A program made the position numbers and the translations under genes. Positions 45,300 through 58,193 of a stretch of DNA of 64,000 nucleotides are shown one piece after another. Under the pieces are notes generated by a model. The model worked only from the letters and a program-made list of their open reading frames with translations, did not search any database and had not been told where the DNA came from. Position 1 is the first letter of the stretch; the number at the start of each line of letters is the position of its first letter. Origin of the DNA: Macrostomum lignano. Its lineage: Eukaryota. Location: assembly GCA_002269645.1 (NCBI GenBank), contig NIVC01000105.1, positions 535,992 through 599,991 of the forward strand, given 5' to 3'.

Positions 45300-46329
45300 C
45301 CCATCCCAAATTTGAGCGTCATTCCGTCGCACTTCAAGATTCGTCGGGTTGATAATAGTTCTCGCTGAGTTGTCGTCATGAAGAAGAAGTGTCGCCCGTT
45401 TGTCTCAGGAACTGTCACATTCTGCAAATGAAACTGGGCAGGTACATGTCTAGGATCAACTTGGAAATGTACGTCAACAGGTTCCATAGGGCGATCTTTT
45501 TGCGTCTGTAATTAGCATTGCGACTTAATGACTCAATACTAAGCACCTCCTGCACTTCAGGTGAAAATTCTCTTACCTTCTCCTCCGCGATAATTCTAGC
45601 AGAGGTAAACAACATGCGCTTTGCTCCCTCCTTTACCTCCTTTGCTGCCTTTCTCTTCTGAGCTGGCCGATCAACTGGATCGCACGTGTGCGGAGCAAGG
45701 GATTCTATGGTTCCATCAGCACGGCGGACTGCGGAGCCATGACAGTGCAGTGATAAACGCTTAGTGCAGCGATAGTACGTGTTGCCATTTCGCTGCGTTT
45801 TTTCATCCATTAGATGGCCAAGGTCTCGTTGGACATACTACACTAGAAGGTCTTTTCCGTGACTGCATCCTGCACCTGTAAGAATCTCAAAGGGCTGGGG
45901 AGGTGGGCTGCGGGGCGGTGCAAGCTCTGCTGGAGGAATTTGAATGGATTCTTCCAGAGCTGGATCAGGGTCATTGAAATCTGGATACTGGTAAAGAAAA
46001 GTTTCTGCTTGTGCCGGAATCAAATGCACTGGTTCTGGATTTTCAGCAGGCAGAGGAACAGCCGCTGGTCCAGAATTCGGGGCTTGTACATGTACCTCTG
46101 CAGCATCTGCAGCTTGAGACACTGCTAAGTTACCTGCAGGAGCCCGTCTATTGCATTGATTGCAAAGCCAAAAAAACTCACCGACATTTCTCATTGCAGA
46201 ATACTCATCGATTGTGACGCGACTATCGCATGCACGGTGCTGCCAATTCAAGCATTGAGAACACTCAATTGCTTCTTGTCCTTCGCAAACTGGCTGCAGA
46301 CAGACTACGCATGGATATGCGCCTGCCAT
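45300..46329 (-). pseudogene. Mutator (MULE) transposase 5' part with N-terminal PHD finger and FLYWCH-type zinc finger
   Basis: CVVC..IECSQCLNWQHRAC..FWLCNQC (PHD); YYRCTKRLSLHC..HTC (FLYWCH-like); RHFFFMTTTQRELL..CDG (start of MULE DDE). Disrupted by a stop and a frameshift. Confidence 0.8.
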
Positions 46330-48279
46330 TTTGTATCTAAGTGCTTAGACTGCTGTCAGTGAATGAGACAGATAAATTTTGAACAGGGCATGAAATTTAC
46401 CCACTTTTTATCCCTTTAAACAAGTTAATTAGTCTCGACCAATAAGAGAAATGGAAAAAGCTACACCAGATTTTATATGAAGAAGAGATTTGTTTAATAC
46501 GAAATATGTTTACACCTCTTAGGGGCCTACTATAAGTAGGAAATTAAGACTCGTAACCATTTTTGTCTTTAGCCCTGCAATATACTAATAAAATTTTGAC
46601 TGCCTGTCTAAACCCCCCCATTGCAACCCCACATTTCCCCACCCGAAGCTATCCAATAGTAAACCAGCTGTCATTTTCCGTGACCCCCACCCCAGCTGTG
46701 GCCATCTTGGTGTGTGGCCATCTTGGTCTTACACCCCTAGCTACCCTTTTTGTACACTGGAAAATCCTGCTGTACATTTCGCCTTCCAAACTATGGCACA
46801 TAGGCCAACTGTATTAGTGGTATCACAACAATCATTATATATTAGCCTAAAATTAGAAAGGTCAAAGCAAAGGATTTGCACGGCAAGCAAGCAAAGCCCA
46901 TTTCCTTGAATTAGCCATGGCTATAACTAATAGCTTAATGAAAATATTAGCCCCATAGGCTATTATATATTAAGTTTTCTCACTGAAACCATTATAATGG
47001 CTGAATGATTTTTTAATCCATTTAGGCCCTACCTATGCTATATTAGTATTAAAGTAAATCTGAATTAAACTACAAAATCATAGGCATACGCACAGATAGG
47101 CATAAACAATTTTGATTGAAAATTATGGTTAGAGAATTTTCCAGTTGCAGAAAAGACTAGAAGGCATGAAATCTGGACTTTTTAGGCTATAAAGCCTAAG
47201 GTAATATGTTTATACTGCACAAGAGAAGATGCAGAATGCAATTAGAATATTCGGATAATTGTGTTGAGATAAACAAAAATTAATACTAGTTTCGTCAAAA
47301 AAAATTATAAAACAGTAATAAAATCACAAAATATAGTTTGTTTTTTTATACTTCATAGTTTAAGTATTTATTTACTTCATTTTAAGTATAATTTGCTTCA
47401 CAGTTTTTCTAATATAGTATTTCAAGTCATAAATTGGGTTTATAACATGATTCTTAAAAAAGAAAGTCATACTTCAGTAAATAACGCTACGTCCTTTTTG
47501 TTTTCTTATGTTCATAATATTACATGTAAGTTTCATTTCAGTCTGATCAAACAACTCAATGAATAAATACGTAAGTGGCATTAAATAACAGTTCCCATGC
47601 AGATTACATAAATTGTAATTGCAGTGTGCAGCAGAAGTGCAAGATTTGTTATTTAAAAATTCTATTCACTCTACTCAAACAAGTAGTATCTTAAAAATTA
47701 AGAATTACAAGAATTGCAATCTTTGTATAAAACGAAATTGTAATTTTATGAAATTGCCTTACGAAAATTGCATTTTATGTACGAAAGCGTAATAAAATTA
47801 TAAGATTAATAATTTCTTCGCAATTTCGGGGGTCATGTGGCCCGCGGGTCGCTGTGTATTGGGGGAGGGGGAGTGCGCGTGTTCTGCGTTCAACGCAAAT
47901 AAAACCCTCGCGTGTTTGGGGAGCAGTTAAATTTAATGATTCCCTCGGAGAAGGGGGTTGGGCTTAGGCTGAGTGTACATAACAGTTGTACAATGTAAGC
48001 AGATAGCTAGGACTGTGCCGAGATTCAATTGGTTTTATTATCGGCGCCTTTAGTCAGCCCATGCATTGGCTGGGCGGACAGACTGGTCGGGGCTAAAGGC
48101 TTTTTTTATTGATTTTTACAGACGAAAAATCTTGTACGCTGGGTCCTTCTTAAGGAGGCAAATTTTCAATGCAGGTTTATTTCTCTCCAAATCATAATCG
48201 ATTGTGATCTCCAATCTGATCTGCCGATTTTGCAATTTTCTTCTGTTTGCTCATTTTATATATATACTATTTGCTTAAA

Positions 48280-49164
48280 ATGCCACCGAAACGCGGAAAT
48301 ATTTCCCGTTCTACACGCGCTGCATCGGCAGCCAAGAAGCGCAGGGCGTCGGAGACACCCGACGAGCGCCAGCATCGTCTTGAGGCAAATCGACTGCGCA
48401 CAGCTGAATGACGTGAAGCCGAGGACGAGGCGGTCCATCTGCATCGCCTGGAGGCGCAGCGGCAGCGCCAGAGTCAGCATCGCGCGGCTCTGGGTCTGCT
48501 GACGACCGCGAAGGCCGTCTACACGCACAGGTAGATTGGCGCCGAGATAGCTAAAAGGGGTTCTTATATTTTATTCTGCTATTCAAACAGACATTTCGTC
48601 ATTTCGTCAAATGGTAGATAAAACAGAGCCCATTTCTATTTTAAATTTAAGTTAAAATATTTTTCTCATTAAGTAATATAATGTCCTGCTAAGTTAGGAT
48701 AAATATATTTAAGATGGACTTTACAACTTTTTGCTTAAGCGATGGGTTTCTAAGAAAAGAAGAATGGGTTTGCTTTGAAAGAAGTTTTTAAAAATTAAAA
48801 TGTTTTTCTTAGAAACACTTCACTTTAAAAAACCATTATACCTACCTTCCATGCACACATCTCTATTCTCTTTACCACACTTTTTGACAAAATGACAAAA
48901 ATGGCTATTTAAAAGGCTATTTGACGAAATGTTCGGTCACCTTATGTGCGGCTGCTCATTCTTGGAGACTATTAAACTTTCTGCATGTAGATCTGGATTT
49001 TCAAGGATAAGTCCTGATAAAAATGCTCTTTTTTTCATTGCCACAGGCTGCTGGATCTGGCACACCAGCCACATGTGCTCGGTCGCATGGACCGCCAATG
49101 TCCGCACTGCAGCGCGCTACGCTGGAAGGACGAGCCAGCTAGCATTTGCTGCCGTGCTGGAAAG
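48280..49164 (+). pseudogene. Helitron Rep-helicase 5' exons (48,280-48,530 and 49,047-49,164)
   Basis: MPPKR..ETPDERQHRLEANRLR charged helical region with an in-frame TGA; exon LGRMDRQCPHCSALRWKDEPASICCRAGK is the typical Helitron zinc motif; GT-AG boundaries. Confidence 0.8.
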
Positions 49165-50379
49165 GTGAGTTGACATGCTTTATTTAGTATACTTTAATTT
49201 CGTGCTCACTGCTGTTTTTTGATTCTATAATTGAGACTAAAAGTAAAAATATATTGTCACTTGCTTTTATCTAAAATTAAATTATGCAAACAAATGAAAG
49301 AAATGCAGATGATCAATGGACAATGAGCAACCTTTATTTAAAATCTGTTGAACACAAGCCTTATTTCTGTAAGTAGTGTAACAATTCAAAAAGAAGTGAG
49401 AAACATGTAACACGCATGTTAACAAATCATTTTTGTTGGAATTTTAGCTTTAAGAAAAAACAGAGAATCTAGGAAATTAATTATTTCTTATCTCTCATAC
49501 CTACACTATTTTTTGTGTCGAGAAAAAGAATTTTTTCTGACGTCACCTGTTGTTATGATAAACTATCTTTTCAATCAATTTATTATTTAACCTTATTTGA
49601 AGCTACGTGAGGTGGGGCGGAGAAAGTTTTCTTGGAAATAGGTTGATTGAAGTTGTTGCTGACACCAATGAAGTGGCGCGAATTCCACGTTTGAATTGCC
49701 GCCGGCGTTGGAGTCACACGAATAATCCGGAAATCGCGCAGATGAATCACAACGAAATTCTTTCTCCTGTTTTACTCCAAATGCCGGGTTCTCTAGTCCG
49801 GGGGAGGGTAGTCGTAATCGTAGCGGAGCGGTCGTGTAGCGGCGCGGTCGTTCAAATGATGAGACACCGTAAATTAATGTGTCGTTTTGCTGAGCTTGTT
49901 ACCCGTAACGCAAAATTTCGTATCGATACGTATCGGAGACGTCCCCCTGAGGTCCTAAAGTCTCGTCCCAGGGATAGTACTTTTGATAGTTGTAGATACG
50001 TATCCGATATGTAATTTTGAGACGTCCCAGGGACGGTCCCAGGTGACTTCTATGAGACCTTAATAATGACGATCCACCACAGGCATATTGCTCTTACTTT
50101 TTGCACTTTTGAGTTTTGTAATCACGTGACCTGGCAGCTTGACTGAAAGGTCGGACTTTTTTTGACAGTTTTGGGGAACTGATACGTTGACAAATAACAA
50201 AGGCGAAAGTGAAAAATTAGCAACTGAGAATTTTCACTGAGCAATGCAATTTCTTTCCTCTTTAAAGAGACGTAGCAAAAATATTTTATTGTCCGACCAA
50301 GTCGGACTACATCGGCGAAAAAAACGTCAAGCCTGACGGGCAAGCCGGGGGAGTTATTAGTCGCTCTCTACGTCTGCGT

Positions 50380-50560
50380 CGTCGTCGATCTCTTCCTCGA
50401 TCTTTTCGTCGATCTCTTCGTCGATCCTTTCGTCGATCTCTTCGTCGATCTCTTCGTCCATCTCTTCGTCGATCTCTTCGTCCATCTCTTCGTCGATCTC
50501 TTCGTCGATCTCTTCGTCGATCCTTTCGTCATTTTCTTCGTCGATCTCCTCGTTGATCAG
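50380..50560. repeat. 12-bp tandem repeat TCGTCGATCTCT (reads EEID on the minus strand)
   Basis: About 14 copies within ORF 50,357-50,695. Confidence 0.9.
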
Positions 50561-51084
50561 CTCGACTGTATCGGCAGTGACTTCGCGTCTGTCACATTTC
50601 GATTTCCGCATCATTCGTTTTAGAATCCTAACTGACGTCGCAGTGATTTTGAATCCAGCACGATTCCTGAAAAGTTGGATTGGAGATTTTGCCACAACTA
50701 CACGTCTTTATTTAAAAAAAATAACGCAAATTAAGAGACTCACCGATTACACAGTCGGCCACTGGCGCAGGTAGTTTTTGCTTCCCCCTCTTTGACCTTC
50801 AATATTGTATTGGCACAAAACGGAAGGTTTTGCTCCATATCAGCATGGATGACACTGCGTCAGATAGTTTGACAGCATTTTCTGCCCGACTAGCACAATA
50901 CTTCCTCTACAAGAAGGGTTACGGCAAACAATTAGTGATTGGTAACAACAGCAAAGCTCTAATTGAGTAACTCACATAATTATTGTCATTTGGGAATTCA
51001 GAAGAAAGATATCAGGAAGTGCAAAAATGTTTTTCACAAAACTTAAAGCATTTTATTGAACTATAAAGTTCAAGATTGTTTGTT

Positions 51085-53460
51085 TGTTAAACGAAAGGGT
51101 CCTAAGGGGGACCCGCGGATCAGCCACATGGAAGGGCTCTGCCGCGAGAGGCACTGCCAGGGGCACAGCATTAGCTGTTTTTAGAGCCCGAGATACCCCG
51201 ATTGGGATGGAGATTGGGCCCGGCATAAAGCACGGGAGGCGAAGTGGACCCAAACCTACAGTGGAATCAGGGACGGTGCTAAGACCGAGTCCACCCAGGC
51301 CACCCCCCCCCCCAGCAGACAGGTTCTCGGGAGTGCGCGAAAAAACAGAATTGGATATACTACTTAAAGTCGTCCAAGAGCGGGGAAACCCAGAAGTCTT
51401 GGAAAGGGCTAACTATTGGAGCGAGTCTGGAAGGCTTGTATTCGAGGGCGAGTCTCCTATCAAGAGGTAAACCAGAAAACCCTCCTATAGGGCTGCAAGC
51501 CACAAGGGCATCGCCTATCCAGCTCATTATTGGGGGGCAGGCCAAGGGGTCGAGAAGAGGCACCAGGGGCAAGAGGACACCGGACTCAGCCGGTTGTCCC
51601 CGGTACGGGACGAACATCCTTCCCAGGACACCAATCCACTGTCAGGATGAGAGCCAGAGACACGCAAGCAGGGACCGTCAGCAGGAGCCAGTAGATGGAC
51701 CCAAGGACAGAGCAGGGTGGACCGGGCAGTGGGCAGAGCTCATTACTCCGAGAGATTGGACGGCTACATAGGCCAGGATTTGATAAAACCAATACTTTAA
51801 TGGGACTAAAACATAACTGGAGGAGCACCTGAACCCACACAGGCCCCCTCAACCTGTTACCTGGGGCTCAGCCTCAGGGCTGGCAGTCTACTGGGTCTAC
51901 CGTGCACCTTTGTGAATTGGTCATTTTCTTTCCTGCAGGGTGGGTACGACCGGGGGGCTCAGTCCCGTCCTAGCCACACTCAGTCCAGAGTACCTACTCA
52001 CTCCGGGCACCCTCCCCTAAACCAAAGCCGAGGGCCGAAATTCTATTGGTTAGAAAAAATAGGGTATATTTTTGAACAGGCACAGCCCCTCCGGGGCGGA
52101 CCCTTAGTTATTAGGCTAGCCGAAGCCAGGCCAATCGGATTGCGCACAACCCTTAGACAAGCTACCAGAGAGGCAACCAGGGTAAAAACAGTCAGAGACA
52201 GTCTTTGTTGTTAAACGAGGGTGGGAAGCTTTGCTACCCGCGGATCAGCCCGGGGTGGGCTCTACCGCTGAGGGGCACTACCAGGGGCCAAGGCATTAAC
52301 TGTCCAGGGCCCGAGATACCCCGTGGATGCATTGGGATTGGACCCGGCTCAAAGCGCGGGTGGGCGAGTTGACCCAAACCTACGGTACAAGACACCGCCA
52401 ACCCAAACAGTGGAATCAGGGACGGTGCTAGGACCGAGTCCACCCAGGCCACCCCCCAGCTAGCGAGTCTTTGGGAGTGCGCAGAAAAGTTGGAGAGCGA
52501 AATGCTTGGGATACTACTAAGAAAGCGGTCCGAGTGATGAGTTACTCCTAAACCTACGGAAATGGCTTAAACTATTGGAGCGAGTCTGGGCAGCTAATTA
52601 CCAAGAGCGATCCTATACAGCACTAGCCTACTGTAGGTCTCGAGCCTCAAGGCTTTTCACTACCCAGCTCTATTTTGGAGTGAGTCTGGAAGGCTTGTAT
52701 CCGAGGGGGAGACTCCAGGCGGACCTTCAACGCCTCTATTGCTACCAACCCAAGGGCATCGCCTAACCAGCTCAATATGGGGGGCCAGGCCAAGGGGTCA
52801 GGAGAGAGGCACCCAGGGCAAGAGGACTCCGGACTCAGCCGGTTGTCCCCGGTTCGGGACGAACATCCTTCCCAGGACACCAATCCACTGTCAGGATGAG
52901 AGCCAGAGACACGCAAGCAGGGACCTTCAGCAGGAGCCAGGAGATGGACCCGAGGACAGGGCAAGATGGACCGGGCGAGGGCAGAGCTCATAACTCCGTA
53001 GGTTGGAAGGCTTCTAATGGCCAGATAAAAGAATAAAAAGCCACAAAGGCACAAAGCTAGGGATAAAACAGCGCTGGGATGCCAGCCCAGAAAAAAAAGA
53101 TTGGCAGAAGGAGGAGCACCATAGCCCTAAAGCAGGCAGCTTGCCGACCTGCAGCCCGGGTGCTCAGCCTCAGGGCTGGCAGTCTACTGGGTCTACCGTA
53201 CACCTTTGTGAATTGGTCATTCTTTCCTGCAGGGCGGGTACGACCGGGGGGGCTTAGTCCCGACCTAGCCACACTGCAGTCCAGAGAACCTACTCACTCC
53301 GGGCACCGCCCCCCCCCCTAAACCAAGGCCGAGGGCCAAATAATTGGAATGTACACCAAAGAAATGGGGTTTATTTTTAGATGGGCACAGCCCCTCCGAG
53401 GCGGACCCTTAGAAATTGGCATAGCCAATCGGATTGCGCACAACCCTCAGAGACCGTCTT
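51085..53460. repeat. Two diverged GC-rich tandem units of about 1.1-1.2 kb
   Basis: Unit 1 starts TGTTAAACG at 51,085 and unit 2 at 52,208; shared blocks such as AACTATTGGAGCGAGTCTGG, GGACTCAGCCGGTTGTCCCCGG and CAGCCCCTCCG.GGCGGACCCTTAG. Confidence 0.85.
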
Positions 53461-54176
53461 TACGAAGTTCAAGATTACCGTAAAATGTATTGTGCATAAA
53501 TTATAAAATGATAAGGGCTACAGGCCTAGTCTGTCTTTATAAACTTGCTTAACTAACTATTACTATTATTAGCTCATTCACAAATATGACTTAACATTTG
53601 TGACTAAAGAATGTACGCTGAAGATACTAAACTAAAGTCTTATATTATACTGGATAGAATAATCCGCATAGCTGTGGCTTCTAATTGATATTGATATAAA
53701 TATGAATCATACATACATACCGACCCACACGACGTTACATGTTCACTTAGCGAGTTCTAGTAGTGCGCGCTCGCAGAGAATTTTGGCAATTTAAAACTGT
53801 CACTATTTAAAACAATTTAAGATTAATTTTGCTGCATTACGCTTATCAAACTGCATATAAAATAAAAAACAACACAAAAATTAGGAGTGATAGTATTTAT
53901 TAAAAATTATGCACATTGTAAATAAAGCTCTTTGCTCCGTCATCTCGTCCCAAAAATACGAAACGATACGTATCTATTACGTATAACAATAATCACAATA
54001 TCTTATTTCTGGTGTTTTACAGCAAAAGCAAGGTAAAATCTGTCATTTTTCGAGCGAATTTTTATAAAGACGCTCGTCTCTGGTTTTTTTCCTACTTTAT
54101 TAATTGCTAAATATTATTCGTCCCAAAAGAGACGTATTTGCATCCTCACGGGGACGTCTAATTGTGTTACGGGTTA

Positions 54177-54990
54177 CTTTCAGTAGGGTAGTTGCTGCCA
54201 CCACCGTAATTTACGAACGAATGAGTCTCTGAGCTTTCTTTGAGCTGAGAAAACTTTCTTTGGAAGCTGAGAAAGCTTGAGAAAGCTGAGAAAACTTTCT
54301 TTGGTTATTTTACGCCCGCGGGCAAATGACTCAAGATAGGCTATGGCTTAGCGTCAACGAAAAAAATAGAAGATAGTTTAGTGTTTATTAAGTATTAGAT
54401 TATTAATTATTTGCTAGGCAGGAAAATTATTCGGTTATCGATCCAACGAGTGAAATCGCAGCGGCACCTGGGTGCTAAATAAAGGTTGAATTAACTAGTA
54501 AAAGAGAGAACTTAACAAACTTGACTAATCAACAAGCAAATTACTAAGAAGGGGGATAACGGAGCGGTAAGTAGGAGCGGACAAGGGGTGTAATAGGGAG
54601 GAAAAGAAAAGTAAGGGGTTAGGGAACAGGTTAGGAAAACAGGGCACGGATCAACGGTTTAAATACAACTGAAAAAGCAGACAAACGATGGAGACAAACG
54701 TTGGGCAGGCCAGTGGACAGCAAAAATCACGGGTTGGGCCGGGCTCAATTACATTATGACAGCACGCAGACTAACAAGAATTCAAACGATAGACGGCAAA
54801 AATCAGAGAAGGGACGAATTCAGTCAATGGACGGGAAGAGGAATAGAACAAGCGATGGACGAGAGAAATAAAAAAATCAGCGAATGGGGAACTTTTTAAA
54901 AAATTATTTTCGCATTAGTTATTGTTATAAAGTTCAGATTTCAACCGTGGCATCCCGCCTACCACCACTACGTACCTTTTACTTCAACTT
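54177..54990. repeat. Interspersed repeat family (with 49,600-49,901, 60,200-60,900 and 61,600-62,700)
   Basis: Shared blocks, e.g. GTCGTAATCGTAGCGGAGCGGTCGTGTAGCGG, CAGTAGGGTAGTTGCTGCCACCACCGTAATTTACG and GGGCAAATGACTCAAGA. Confidence 0.75.
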
Positions 54991-56139
54991 GATAAGTTAC
55001 TGTGACGTTAACAAAAAAACGTAGCTTTTAAATACTAAAAAATGTCTGTTTTAAAGTATTAAAATGACTGAATTTGTTTGGCACCATAATAAAAAGTAAT
55101 TTTAAGTACCTTTTATACACGAAAAACATATCTGTTCGTTCGTTTTTATTGAAACGTATTTGAGACCTATCTGATGCGTCCGATTGTTATTCGGGTTCAA
55201 AGCGAGGGACAGAAACCATGTATAGTTTGATCATAAGTTTGATTATTTGTATGGGTCTGGGGGCGCAACGAGAGGCAGACGAGAGCTCGCTTTTGATCAT
55301 CAAAGGCTTGGGCGCCATTACTGGTGTTTCAGTGTGCGCATTGTCTCCTTCTCATATTAAATGTGCATGTGCAGTGTCCTTCTTCGTTTTATGCGAAATT
55401 TTTTCACACATTTACCTACATTATTTTTGTTTGTCTCTGTTTCCTGCATGCTCATTTGCATTTTTACATCTCACACAACCTCATTTTTCTCAATGTGAGA
55501 AAATATTTCGCATAAAACGAATTTAACTATTTTAAGCCAGTAGATTTTTAGTAATAATTAGAGATTTAGTATATTGTGTGATGCCTGCGCTTCCTACTAT
55601 TTGATGACTACTGCTGCTGCCTACTAGCACAATCTGTCTGTCCTCAACAACTAGCACGGCAGGTAGCTGGCCTGAGTGGTCTAGCACTATGGTCCGAGAA
55701 CCCTCGCTTAGTCTCTATTAAGTTACAATCAGATATTAAACAGAGTTGGTAGTTGGGTTGCTGCCACCTTGTAGGTCTACGGGTAATTGTTCTGTTGTTG
55801 AATTAACGAACGCAGAAACAAGATAGATAATTATCCGGGCGCTCAGTGGCACCAAAAGAGGGCTTGGCCAATAGAAGGGCGGCTCGTATATTTATGCACG
55901 CGGGGAAGGAAAGTTCTAGAAAGACCGGGGAAGGAAACTTCTGGAACTATGCGTAAACAAGTCCGCGGTAGAAGTTTCTAGAAACGCTGTCCCCGAACTA
56001 CGAACTACCCCTACGCATCGCATGCCTTTGCAATACACAACATTCTTCCCCTCCTTCAAGGAGTCCAACAGTCCCCAAGCTTCACTTTAATCAGTCCCAG
56101 CGGCAGTTCATGAAGCGTATCGGCGGGTGCCTGGCTCGC

Positions 56140-56815
56140 TCAGATCGGCGGGGCGCTGCTGTTCTTGCCGGAGGCTCCGCCGCCGGTGCCGCCGGTGCCG
56201 CCTCCGGTCGTTGGCGCCGAGTCCACCAGTGGGTCGAACCGCTCTCTCGGCTGCGCCGGGTGCGGTGTTCGGATCAGCCGCTGCTGGTTCCATCTGGTGC
56301 CGTCGCTGAGCTCGACCGCGTGGTGTCCCGCCTGATGGAGCACTTGTAGTGGCCGTGAGAGGCGGGTACCCAGCTTGCCCTTCTTGGTGGGCCGTCGGAT
56401 TCTCACCCACTCGCTGGGGTGGAACGTCTCGGGGCGGGCCCTTCGTCTGGCATCGGTGTAGGCCTTGATCCGCTGCTGCCGCGCCTCGATTTGCTGCCGC
56501 AGTGCCTGAGGCGTCGCCTCGGTCGTTGTCATTCCCCCTCCGGGAGACAGCATGGTGATCGCGGTGCGCCACTTCCGACCCAGCATGAGCTCGGCCGGTG
56601 ACTTGCCCGTCAGGCTGTGCTTGGAGCTCCGGTAGGCAGACAAGAAGTTGGTCACGGCGTCTTGAAACGGCCTGTTCTCCGCCATGGCCGCTCTGATGCT
56701 GGCGAGTAGCGACCGATTAAGACGCTCCGTCTGGCCGTTGGTCTGCGGATGGTAGAGGCTGGTCTTGACGTGCCGGATGCCCTGCTCGGCCAAGAAGTCC
56801 GAGAACTCGCTCGAT
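56140..56815 (-). pseudogene. Gypsy integrase C-terminal half
   Basis: SEFSDFL..YHPQTNGQTERLNR..YRSSKHSLTGKSPAELMLGR. Confidence 0.9.
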
Positions 56816-58193
56816 GATGCCGTCCTTCTCCATCTTGTCGAGTTCGGCACCGACCTGCTCCTGTCGCATGAGGGGCAGGCGGCGGAGTGGCTGCTGGACG
56901 GGTCGCACTGCTGGGTCGACCTTGGGCTGGTGTACAGCGCCGGCGCAGCATCCTATCGCACCGCTGAAGGTCGTTGGGTACCGCGCCTGCAAGTCCGCCG
57001 TCGAGTCGCTGACCTCCGCGATTCCGGGCGGCTGCCCGCTAAGGTCGACTCGGAAGCCCAGCTTCTCCATCAGGTCTCTACCGACGATGTTGTCGCCGCC
57101 TGGCGCAACGAAGAACCGGTGCTGCATCGCCTTGTCGCCGTAGCGCACCTCCAGCTCGGTGACACCACTTAGCTGGATTGGCAGTCCGCCGTAGGCACGC
57201 AGCTTCGTCGTAGTGGGAGAGGTGACTGCACCTGAGATCCGATCGGCGGTCTGTCGGGACAGCAGCGACACCCTTGCGCCGCAGTCCACCATCAGGCTGA
57301 CAGCGGTCCTGTCCGGTCCGAGTTCCAGCGTCGCCCGGACCTCCCTGTCGCCACCCGGCACTGCGTAGACTGTGATCACCTCGTCCGCGGCATTGACAGC
57401 AGCCTGCTGGCTGCGACAGCAACTCCGGAAGTGGTTCTTCTTGCCACAGGCGTCGCATGTCTTGCCCTTGGCCGGACAGGGGGTCGTCGGTCCGTGGTCT
57501 CGCCCACAGCGCGTGCAGGCGCCGCCGGGTTTGGCTGTCCTGCCAGCTGGTGCTGGGCGGTGCCTCCCTTTTGCAGCGACCTTCTGGCCCCTCGGCTGTC
57601 GGATCGATTGGACGGCTGCCGTGCTCGAGGTTGATGGCGCCATCGCCTTGGCTTCTTTGGAGGCTTCCTCGATGGAGACCGCGATGCTGAGTGCTTTCGC
57701 CAGGTTGAGGTCCTCCACCTTCTCCGTCAGCAGCCTCTCTCGGATTCTGGGGTTACTGGTCTTCTCAGCCAGCTGGTCTCTGATGAGATCGTCCTGTATT
57801 GCGCCGTAGTTGCACAGCTCCGTCAGCTCCCTCAGGGCTGCCACGAAGGTCTTGACGTCCTCGCCGGGTAGCTGCTGGCGCTGGCGGAAGCGATATCTGG
57901 CTACCATCACGTTGGGCTTCTCGCCGAAGATCTTCTCGAGCTCCGCCTTAGTTGCTGCGAACGTGTCGTTCTCCTTGATTGCTTGGCGTGCTCGAGCAAC
58001 CCGCTGACCTTCGAATCCAAGCAGATGGAGCAGAAGGCTCTTCTTCAGCGGTTTCGCCTCTTCCTTCCCTTCGGGCTCCTTGAATTGGGCCGCCTCAATA
58101 AAATTCAAAGGCCTCAATCCATCGGCTCCATGGTACTGTCGGTGATCCGCAGTTCGCCAGGAAGGGCGTGGGTGCAGGGATGCTAGCCGCCAT
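56810..58193 (-). pseudogene. Gypsy gag-protease and first residues of RT
   Basis: ATG at 58,193 gives MAASIPAPTPFL..VPWSRWIEAFE with a frameshift near 58,100; zinc knuckles CTRCGRDH..C..CDACGKKNHF..C; protease LMVDCGA; RT start VRPVQQPLRRLP..DGIIE. Confidence 0.9.

Larger units (their letters stand above)
49902..54173. mobile_element. Non-autonomous CACTA-like element, 4,272 bp
   Basis: TIR CCCGTAAC(G/A)CAA; 3-bp TSD TTA at 49,899-49,901 and 54,174-54,176; subterminal GAGACGTCCC/GATACG repeats; empty-site paralog at about 61,940-61,970. Confidence 0.8.

Noticed and set aside
16560-47860. Pairing the Charlie-like end at 16,560 with GGCCCGCGGG at 47,840 as one giant hAT element
   Set aside because: The second site lacks a proper terminal repeat and no TSD can be matched.
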